Positions 7,503-13,626 of a stretch of DNA of 34,453 nt are shown piece after piece. Position 1 is the stretch's first letter; each line of letters opens with the position of its first letter. Both the position numbers and the translations under genes were made by a program. This DNA comes from a virus (lineage: Duplodnaviria > Caudoviricetes): the IMG/VR virus record IMGVR_UViG_3300049049_000057, positions 1 to 34,453 of that record; one strand, given 5' to 3'. The notes beneath the pieces were generated by a model. It ran no database searches and was not told where the DNA came from. It saw nothing but the letters and a program-made list of their open reading frames with translations.

Positions 7503-7681
7503 CATGCGAGTACGAACAACAAGCTCAGCACCTCACCAGCCTAGCCCTGCAGGACGCATGGAAGCAATACGTCTGGCACCGGCTCCAAGAGTTGGATCAA
7601 TCCCCGCTATTCGCGGGAATCAAGGACGAGGTGCTCAAGCGCATCGAGTCATTCAAGCAACAGCAACGCAATGGGGGGTGA
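7499..7681 (+). CDS. Hypothetical protein (60 aa)
   Basis: GTGA overlap, GGAGG RBS. Confidence 0.7.
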   Translation: MTCEYEQQAQHLTSLALQDAWKQYVWHRLQELDQSPLFAGIKDEVLKRIESFKQQQRNGG

Positions 7682-7684
7682 ATC

Positions 7685-8008
7685 ATGAACTGTAAGCCTG
7701 GGGATTTGGCGTGGATCGTTGGTCTGCATCCGTCTCTTGCAGAGGCCGAAGGACGAGTCGTCCAACTCACTGATTCGCCGTCCGTGATGCACGACGGTGA
7801 GCCTTGTTGGCAGCTCGCGAAGCGCGTTGACATCACCCTTGTCGGCAATGGAAGGCGTGGCGACCAACGGTTTTATATCGGCGAATCCGTTTGGTTCGAC
7901 CAACTGCAGGACAAGTACCTGCGTCCCATCCGCGACCCCGGCGACGACGCCCAAGACGAAACGCTGTCCTGGCTTCCAGCCCCCAGCCGTGAAGAGGTGA
8001 CGCAATGA
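7685..8008 (+). CDS. Hypothetical phage protein (MNCKPGDLA type)
   Basis: GGGGG RBS; ends LRPIRD...; coupled to next gene. Confidence 0.8.
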   Translation: MNCKPGDLAWIVGLHPSLAEAEGRVVQLTDSPSVMHDGEPCWQLAKRVDITLVGNGRRGDQRFYIGESVWFDQLQDKYLRPIRDPGDDAQDETLSWLPAPSREEVTQ

Positions 8009-8247
8009 ACTTCACCCCCGAAGAGATCGCCGCCATGGCGGAAGAGGTGGGCTTCATCCCTCGCGCCGTGTTCAACCATGAAGAAGCACTATCCCGCTTC
8101 GCCACCCTGGTAGCAGACAAAGCCGCAGCACGGGCAACGGAGGTCGCTGCGCAGGTCGCCGCAGATACCTACTTCGGCAACGCGGGCGAGGTCAATCACG
8201 AGATTGCCGCCGCCATCCGCGCCAGAGGCCAGAAGGGAGGCGTATGA
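8005..8247 (+). CDS. Hypothetical protein (80 aa)
   Basis: ATGA overlap, GAGG RBS, AAAIRARG C-terminus common in phage nin-region ORFs. Confidence 0.8.
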   Translation: MNFTPEEIAAMAEEVGFIPRAVFNHEEALSRFATLVADKAAARATEVAAQVAADTYFGNAGEVNHEIAAAIRARGQKGGV

Positions 8248-8420
8248 CCTTCGCCATACTGGTAGCGATGTCGCTCTTCCTCTTCTTGGCGGCAAGGCTC
8301 TGCGCTTCTGAGACTGCAACCACAAGCGACTGGGAAAAATTTTTTTGCCAATGCGCAAGTGTTGTCCTAGCCGCCCTTTCGTTTGCTTGCTTGGTCGGAG
8401 TCTTGTGGAGGCTCATATGA
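8244..8420 (+). CDS. Small two-TM membrane protein (58 aa, not in ORF track)
   Basis: MTFAILVAMSLFLFLAARLCASETATTSDWEKFFCQCASVVLAALSFACLVGVLWRLI; GGGAGG RBS; ATGA overlaps at both ends. Confidence 0.7.
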   Translation: MTFAILVAMSLFLFLAARLCASETATTSDWEKFFCQCASVVLAALSFACLVGVLWRLI

Positions 8421-8644
8421 CCATAGGCGTATTCCTCCCCGAAGGCATCGAAGCCGAGGTCTGCCTAGACATTGGCCGTCGCCAAGCGCTGGGCAAGAAC
8501 AAGTACGGCACCACGGTAGCCGAGAACCCGCTGAGCCTGCGCGAATGGCTCCACCACGCCTATGAGGAATGCCTGGATCAGGCCGTGTACCTCAAGCGCG
8601 CAATCGAGGAAATCGATGAGCAGGAGGCACGGCGCCATGGCTGA
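8417..8644 (+). CDS. Small MazG/dNTP-pyrophosphohydrolase-like helical protein (75 aa)
   Basis: R...G..KYG...EWLHHAYEECLDQAVYL (EExxD metal-binding pattern); GGAGG RBS. Confidence 0.55.
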   Translation: MTIGVFLPEGIEAEVCLDIGRRQALGKNKYGTTVAENPLSLREWLHHAYEECLDQAVYLKRAIEEIDEQEARRHG

Positions 8645-9074
8645 ACGTCTGACCCTGAGCCTCTACAACGCGCAGCAGGCCCACCAAGCCATCCAGACCG
8701 CCTGGAAGCACGCCAAAGGCTGGCTGATGGCTGGTGACCAGCGCCTGACCCTGGAAATCCGCCCCGAGAAGCGCAGCGATGCGCAGAACCGCCTGCTCCA
8801 TGCGTGCTTGAGTGAAATCAGCAAACAAATCGAGTGGGCCGGGGCAAAGCGTGACGTGGACACCTGGAAGCGCCTGTTGACGGCGGCATGGCTGCGCGCC
8901 AGGGGTGAACCTATCGAGATGCTGCCCGCATTGGATGGGAACGGCGTCGATATCGTTTTCCGCAAGACCAGCCAGCTGACCAAAGCCGAATGTGCCGAGC
9001 TTTCCGAGTTCGTCATGGCCTGGGCTGCAGAGCGGGGCATCTATATGCCTGCGCCGGAGGGGTGGCAATGCTGA
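8637..9074 (+). CDS. ninB: NinB/Orf family recombination mediator
   Basis: KRSDAQNRLLHA, WKRLL, TSQLTKAE motifs. Confidence 0.9.
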   Translation: MAERLTLSLYNAQQAHQAIQTAWKHAKGWLMAGDQRLTLEIRPEKRSDAQNRLLHACLSEISKQIEWAGAKRDVDTWKRLLTAAWLRARGEPIEMLPALDGNGVDIVFRKTSQLTKAECAELSEFVMAWAAERGIYMPAPEGWQC

Positions 9075-9622
9075 CCTACAAAAACCCCAAATCCAAGCCC
9101 TGCGAGGTGTGCCAGAACCTGTTTATTCCCGACCGCATGGGGCAAGTTGTCTGCAGACCCGCCTGCGCCATGAAGAAGGTGCGGCTGGAGAAGTTGGAGG
9201 AGCGGGCAAAGGTGCGCACCCGCAAAGAATCCATAAAGACAATCCCCACCCTCATCAAGGAAGCACAGCATGCCTTCAACGCCTACATCCGTGCACGTGA
9301 CGCTGGCAAGCCATGTATTTGCTGCGGCAAGCCATTTGAGCCGACCAAACCCGGTGGCTCAGTTGATGCCGGGCACTTCAGGTCAAGAGGTGCTGCTGGG
9401 CACCTTCGATTTCACGAAGACAACTGTTTTGCACAAAGAAAGAACTGCAATCGCCCGGGCGGTACGACCTATGCCGCATTCCGATCTGGTGTGGTCGCCC
9501 GGATTGGGGAGGGTCGAGTGGTGGCAATTGAGTCTGACAACGCCCCCCACAAATGGACTCACGACGAGCTAAGAGCCATCCGCGACACCTACAAACAGAA
9601 GCTCAAGGAGATGAAGGCATGA
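9068..9622 (+). CDS. ninG: NinG/Rap family endonuclease
   Basis: AQHAFNAYIRARD, CICCG, DAGHFRSRG, LRFHEDNC. Confidence 0.9.
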   Translation: MLTYKNPKSKPCEVCQNLFIPDRMGQVVCRPACAMKKVRLEKLEERAKVRTRKESIKTIPTLIKEAQHAFNAYIRARDAGKPCICCGKPFEPTKPGGSVDAGHFRSRGAAGHLRFHEDNCFAQRKNCNRPGGTTYAAFRSGVVARIGEGRVVAIESDNAPHKWTHDELRAIRDTYKQKLKEMKA

Positions 9623-9900
9623 CCTACGCCCCACCACCTTGCGAGGTCTGCGGCACATGGACCGATGTGCTCGAAACCCGCCGCCACAAGAACGGGACCA
9701 TCAAACGCCGCATTGAGTGCGCCAACCTTCACCGATTCACGCTCTATGAAACCGTACCAGTGCCACAACCGCCCGCCGTACAAGCAATCGACCGAACTGC
9801 GGGACCACCACGGGCGGCTGGTGATGACCTGGCCGTTCCGTATGGCACAGGACTGCAGGTACACGCACACGGAGCTGGGTCAGTCCGACCAGCGCTGTGA
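9619..9900 (+). CDS. NrdR-N-like zinc-ribbon protein with extended C-terminus
   Basis: CEVCG..TDVLETR...IKRRIECANLHRFTLYE. Confidence 0.65.
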   Translation: MTYAPPPCEVCGTWTDVLETRRHKNGTIKRRIECANLHRFTLYETVPVPQPPAVQAIDRTAGPPRAAGDDLAVPYGTGLQVHAHGAGSVRPAL

Positions 9901-9937
9901 GGGATGCAAGCACAGAGTACAGAAGGGGGCTGCATGA
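9746..9937 (+). CDS. Cys-rich hypothetical protein (63 aa)
   Basis: CHNR...FRMAQDCRY...DQRCEGCKHR; ATGA coupling to next gene. Confidence 0.6.
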   Translation: MKPYQCHNRPPYKQSTELRDHHGRLVMTWPFRMAQDCRYTHTELGQSDQRCEGCKHRVQKGAA

Positions 9938-10155
9938 CTAACGTAATCGATCACCTGTATTGGAAAACGCTAGAGCGTGAGCACGACATGAAAATGCGCG
10001 AATGGGACCGGCGTTATGCAGCGGTCAAGAGATGCGCGCCTGAATCGTTTGTCGCGGCCATTGGTGGGCCGCAGACGTACATGGACGAAAGCCTGCGACA
10101 CATCTTGACGAGGATGGCTCATGACATTGCAGAACTACAGAAGGAGCGCCAATGA
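9934..10155 (+). CDS. Hypothetical protein (73 aa)
   Basis: AGGGGG RBS; ATGA overlaps at both ends. Confidence 0.7.
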   Translation: MTNVIDHLYWKTLEREHDMKMREWDRRYAAVKRCAPESFVAAIGGPQTYMDESLRHILTRMAHDIAELQKERQ

Positions 10156-10328
10156 GCGGAAAGATTTACTCCAGGGTCAAGGAGCGTCAGGCCGATGCGA
10201 GGTATCGGAGGATGCTGGCCAGGGCGCGCGCTGAGCTGTTTCCTGCCGAAACTAGCGGGGATGGCTACATACATGTGATTAAGCAGGTGATTCAAACACG
10301 CTTCCCATTCTTGAAAGGGCGGACATGA
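10152..10328 (+). CDS. Small Arg-rich protein (58 aa, not in ORF track)
   Basis: MSGKIYSRVKERQADARYRRMLARARAELFPAETSGDGYIHVIKQVIQTRFPFLKGRT; AAGGAG RBS; ATGA overlap with Q. Confidence 0.7.
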   Translation: MSGKIYSRVKERQADARYRRMLARARAELFPAETSGDGYIHVIKQVIQTRFPFLKGRT

Positions 10329-10705
10329 TGCAGAACGATTCCCACGTCATCCTGGACGACCTCCTGAGCCGCTGGCATTCCTGGGCCAAGGGATACAACC
10401 CCGTCCCCTCCTGCAGCGCTGACCCCATGTTTCGCAACGCTAAGAGCGCCAAGGGATACGACACCACTGCTGAAGTGGTGGAGGACGAACTCACCAGCAC
10501 TCAGATGAAGTCCATCGACTTCCAAGTGTCGGAGATGCAAGACCCCCACCGGTCGGCCATCTACATCCATGCCCGCAACTGCTGCACCGGGCGGAATGTC
10601 TGGCTGTCACCTCGTTTGCCGCAAGACCCAATGGAGCGCGCACGCATCCTGGGCGAGGCAAAGGTGATCTTGGTCGGGAAACTACTTAGTGCTGGGGTGA
10701 TGTGA
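10325..10705 (+). CDS. Q: Q-like late antiterminator/activator
   Basis: Last gene of nin region, immediately followed by a consensus promoter and a terminator about 195 nt later; LLSRWHSWA N-terminus. Confidence 0.7.
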   Translation: MMQNDSHVILDDLLSRWHSWAKGYNPVPSCSADPMFRNAKSAKGYDTTAEVVEDELTSTQMKSIDFQVSEMQDPHRSAIYIHARNCCTGRNVWLSPRLPQDPMERARILGEAKVILVGKLLSAGVM

Positions 10706-10710
10706 AAGTG

Positions 10711-10738
10711 TTGACAGCATCGAATTTTTCGATATAGT
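10711..10738 (+). promoter_or_regulatory. Late promoter pR'
   Basis: TTGACA-16bp-TATAGT; spacer holds inverted repeat ATCGAA-TTT-TTCGAT (candidate Q-binding element). Confidence 0.8.
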
Positions 10739-10747
10739 CGCGCGTGG

Positions 10748-10894
10748 ATGGCAGAGGTGCCTCCAGAATTCCGCAACAGACAACTATCACAAGCCATGAC
10801 TGAGCGCATATTTGCATTGCTGCTGTTTGTCGGAGGGCTCAAACTCACATTCGATGTAGGTGTTTGGGCGCTGCAACAGGTGCTCGGTAAATAG
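10748..10894 (+). CDS. Putative small hydrophobic peptide (48 aa, or 32 aa from 10796) in pR'-tR' leader
   Basis: MAEVPPEFRNRQLSQAMTERIFALLLFVGGLKLTFDVGVWALQQVLGK; fills the leader; no SD. Confidence 0.4.
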   Translation: MAEVPPEFRNRQLSQAMTERIFALLLFVGGLKLTFDVGVWALQQVLGK

Positions 10895-10912
10895 TTGTTG
10901 GTTCCACAGATC

Positions 10913-10947
10913 AAGCCCGCAGGTTCGCCTAGCGGGCTTTGTACTTT
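10913..10947 (+). terminator. tR'-like terminator
   Basis: AAGCCCGC-AGG-TTCG-CCT-A-GCGGGCTTT-GTACTTT. Confidence 0.8.
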
Positions 10948-11023
10948 CAAGTCTGCGCATTGGATCGCCTTACCCAGTACCAGTAAAGTGGTGCCGTCAC
11001 AAGCTGGGGCAGTGCGCAGACTT

Positions 11024-11141
11024 GAGAGTGAATGTGCAGGCTGATGCGCGAGATACGTAACAGCATGCCGCTCGAAAGCGTCAGAGGTGGCGCCGTACAG
11101 TCGTGAGTGCATGCATGCCGGGATCAGCTCCGGCCACTCTT
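11024..11141 (+). ncRNA. tRNA-shaped structured RNA with complementary D-like and T-like loops
   Basis: GAGAGTG/CACTCTT closing stem; GTGC-AGGCTGAT-GCGC arm; GCCGG-GATCAGCT-CCGGC arm; branched insert instead of anticodon arm. Confidence 0.65.
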
Positions 11142-11150
11142 TCTTATTCG

Positions 11151-11188
11151 AGCCTCGGCGCAGCAATGCCCCGGGGCTTTTTCGTTTT
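11151..11188 (+). terminator. Terminator upstream of tRNA pair
   Basis: AGCCTCGG-CGCA-GCAA-TGCC-CCGGGGCT-TTTTCGTTTT. Confidence 0.7.
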
Positions 11189-11278
11189 GGAAAGTTGCCA
11201 GAGTGGCAATGGGTCGGCTTGCTAAGCCGTAGCCGGTCAGCAATGGCCGCGAAGGTTCGAACCCTTCACTTTCCGCCA
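11189..11278 (+). tRNA. tRNA-Ser (anticodon GCT)
   Basis: Acceptor GGAAAGT/ACTTTCC, anticodon loop TT-GCT-AA, long variable arm, GAAGG-TTCGAAC-CCTTC T arm, G73, encoded CCA. Confidence 0.93.
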
Positions 11279-11283
11279 GTTAT

Positions 11284-11369
11284 GGAAGATGCCGCGCAGG
11301 GCGCGAAGCGGTCTTGAAAACCGTGGGCGTCAGGGATGGCGCATGGTTCGATTCCTTCATCTTCCGCCA
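11284..11369 (+). tRNA. Non-canonical 8/4 tRNA-Ser (anticodon TGA), selC-like scaffold
   Basis: 8-bp acceptor GGAAGATG/CATCTTCC, short-loop D arm CGCGC-AGG-GCGCG, GCGGT-CT-TGA-AA-ACCGT, long variable arm, 4-bp T stem around TTCGATT, GCCA end. Confidence 0.85.
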
Positions 11370-11575
11370 CGTTCGCGGGCCGCAGCACACCCATAGCCGG
11401 ACACGTTCCACTAGGCTGCGCGCCCGCAACTATCACCCCCGTTGATACCCGCAACCTAGGCGGGCGGCCCACGGGCAAATGGGCCGGTCTTCATGCCTGT
11501 GCTCACAGGTCACTAGGGGAGACGCTACGGCACCGCCCAGCCGGGGCAGATCAATCCCGGTAGCCCGATGGGCGC

Positions 11576-11701
11576 TTAACCGCGATAGAGAGCGAACAGG
11601 CGCTTCTTAAACAGCTTCTTCAGCTTGCGCTTGCTGAGCTTGCGCATGCGACGGGAGGAGCGGCCTGGCAGTTCGCCGAATTCGCTGGAGAAAACATTCA
11701 T
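11576..11701 (-). CDS. Putative antisense Lys/Arg-rich peptide (41 aa)
   Basis: MNVFSSEFGELPGRSSRRMRKLSKRKLKKLFKKRLFALYRG; GC3-rich codons; no clear SD. Confidence 0.4.
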   Translation of the reverse strand: MNVFSSEFGELPGRSSRRMRKLSKRKLKKLFKKRLFALYRG

Positions 11702-11755
11702 CCGCGCATTTTGCGCCGATACCTAATTTCGGACAATCCCACTGGAACCCGAGCC

Positions 11756-12091
11756 ATGGAAAAACAAACCAAAAGAAAACCGACTGGCGCAGCCGCCATG
11801 GGTGCAGGCCCCGGTCGTCCGAAGGGTGTGCCTAACAAGGTAACCACTGAGTTCCGCGAAACCATCCGTCAGCTGTTGGCTGACAACTCAGAAAACGTCG
11901 GGTTGTGGATTACTCAGGTCGCCGAAGGGAGTGGGGTAACGCCTGGCGACCCAGCCAAGGCGCTTGACCTGCTGGCAAAGCTGGCCGAGTTCGCTGCCCC
12001 GAAGCTGGGACGGGTGGAGCATGTGGGCGAAGGCGGCGGCCCCGTTCTCAATGAGATCGTCATCAAGGTAGTGGATGCGGATAGAGGCTGA
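11756..12091 (+). CDS. terS: Terminase small subunit
   Basis: GPGRPKGVPNKVT motif, C-terminal EHVGEGGGPV; overlaps terL start. Confidence 0.85.
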   Translation: MEKQTKRKPTGAAAMGAGPGRPKGVPNKVTTEFRETIRQLLADNSENVGLWITQVAEGSGVTPGDPAKALDLLAKLAEFAAPKLGRVEHVGEGGGPVLNEIVIKVVDADRG

Positions 12092-13328
12092 GTTTCCTCG
12101 GAAGCTCACGTTCCTCTTCAAACCCGCTCGTTATAAGGTCGCCCATGGTGGGCGTGGGTCCGGTAAGTCTTGGGCCTTTGCCCGCGCACTGATTCTGCTG
12201 GCAGCACAAAAGCCGCTTCGCATCCTCTGCGGGCGTGAAGTCCAGAAGTCCATCAAGGATTCGGTCCATCGCTTGCTGAGCGACCAAATCCAGGCATTGG
12301 GCCTGGGCGCATCGTTCGATGTTCTGGAATCAGAGATACGCGGCAAGAACGGGAGCTTGTTCCTGTTCGCAGGGCTGAGCCAGCACACCGTCGAATCTAT
12401 CAAGTCATTCGAGGGCGTGGACATATGCTGGCTTGAGGAATCTCAGGTCATCACCAAGCGCTCCTACGACGTTCTGCTGCCCACCATCCGCAAAGACGAC
12501 TCCGAGGTGTGGCTGAGCCTGAACCCGGACATGGAGACAGACGAGACGTATCAGCGGTTCGTCGCCAACCCACCGCCGAACGCCCTGGTGGAGCAAGTCA
12601 ACTGGAAGGACAACCCCTGGTTTCCTTCGGTGTTGGAGGCGGAGCGGCAGGAGACATTGCGCCGCGACCCGGACAGCTACGAGAACATTTGGGAAGGCAA
12701 GCCCAAGCGGGTTGCCGAAGGTGCGATCTACGCCCTGGAGATAGATCAGGCCTACGCACAAAGCCGGGTTCGCTCGGTGCCTTATGACCCGCTGTTGAGC
12801 GTGCATCTGGTGTGGGATTTGGGTTGGAACGACTCCATGACCATCGGGTTCTTTCAGCGCTCAGGTGCTGAGGTGCGGTGCCTGGACTACATCGAGGACT
12901 CATTCCGCACGTTGGACTGGTACATCGCGGAAGTGGAAAAGCGCCCCTATCGCATCGGGACGTACTTCATTCCTCACGACGGGCGGGCCAGGGACTTCAA
13001 GACCGGCAAGAGCACCGAAGAGATATTGAAAGCCATGGGCAAGGACGTTGTGGTCCTTCCTGCTATGAGTATCGAAGAAGGCATCAAGGCCACGCGGATG
13101 ATGTTCCCGCGCACCTACTTCGATCAAGAAAAGACCGCCCCGCTGCTTGAGCACTTGAAGCGCTACAAGCGGACGATCAACATCCGCACCAACGAGCCAG
13201 GTGCGCCATTGCACGACGAACACAGCCACGGCGCGGACATGTTCCGCTATGCCGGTATGGCCGTTGACCAGATGGGTAATGCCGAAGCGCAAAAGCCTAT
13301 CGCCTACAAGAGGAAGCCGCTGATATGA
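12075..13328 (+). CDS. terL: Terminase large subunit (PBSX-type)
   Basis: Walker A GGRGSGKS, Walker B CWLEE, nuclease WDLGWND...SHGADMFRY. Confidence 0.97.
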   Translation: MRIEAEFPRKLTFLFKPARYKVAHGGRGSGKSWAFARALILLAAQKPLRILCGREVQKSIKDSVHRLLSDQIQALGLGASFDVLESEIRGKNGSLFLFAGLSQHTVESIKSFEGVDICWLEESQVITKRSYDVLLPTIRKDDSEVWLSLNPDMETDETYQRFVANPPPNALVEQVNWKDNPWFPSVLEAERQETLRRDPDSYENIWEGKPKRVAEGAIYALEIDQAYAQSRVRSVPYDPLLSVHLVWDLGWNDSMTIGFFQRSGAEVRCLDYIEDSFRTLDWYIAEVEKRPYRIGTYFIPHDGRARDFKTGKSTEEILKAMGKDVVVLPAMSIEEGIKATRMMFPRTYFDQEKTAPLLEHLKRYKRTINIRTNEPGAPLHDEHSHGADMFRYAGMAVDQMGNAEAQKPIAYKRKPLI

Positions 13329-13489
13329 AAGAACAACTGCGCGAGCTGTTGAAGGGCGTAGCCATGGGCCGCCCTGCGTCTGCTGAGGCTTTGGCCGACC
13401 TGTTGGCTGATTTGCTGGACGGCAAGAAAGAGCCTGCTGCCACCACGGTGCAAGTCGAGCTTCCCAAGAAGAAGGCGGCTGCGAAGTGA
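13325..13489 (+). CDS. Small hypothetical protein (54 aa)
   Basis: MKEQLRELLKGVAMG...PKKKAAAK; ATGA overlap; GAGG RBS. Confidence 0.65.
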   Translation: MKEQLRELLKGVAMGRPASAEALADLLADLLDGKKEPAATTVQVELPKKKAAAK

Positions 13490-13626
13490 GGTACTACCCA
13501 ACGGCTTTCGGCGTGGTGAGTGTGCTTCCACGCTCCGCACGCCTGCTGCACCAATGCAACGGCATCGAGGCCCAAGCTTTCCTTGAATCGCGCGGGCTCT
13601 ATGAGTACATGAAGGGTGTCAAGTGA
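13486..13626 (+). CDS. Small hypothetical protein (46 aa)
   Basis: GTG start, RYYPTAFGVVSVLPRS...YMKGVK; GTGA overlaps at both ends fill the gap to portal. Confidence 0.5.
   Translation: MRYYPTAFGVVSVLPRSARLLHQCNGIEAQAFLESRGLYEYMKGVK

Noticed and set aside
6270-7505. 411-aa antisense ORF (likewise 16576-17685, 18173-19093, 20831-21946)
   Set aside because: In-register shadows of GC3-biased genuine genes; no RBS or motifs
11036-11100. Hammerhead ribozyme (CTGATG...GAAA)
   Set aside because: Core reads CUGAUGC, not CUGANGA; stem II register and the UH cleavage site do not fit; the tRNA-like fold explains the sequence better
11284-11369. True tRNA-Sec / UGA recoding
   Set aside because: Anticodon is TGA (reads UCA), not TCA; T stem is 4 bp; no selA/selB and no obvious in-frame UGA genes
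11564-11755. N-terminal extension of TerS by readthrough or frameshift
   Set aside because: Frame is open but has no start before 11711 and no canonical slippery site; CTT-rich codons indicate the shadow of the minus-strand peptide
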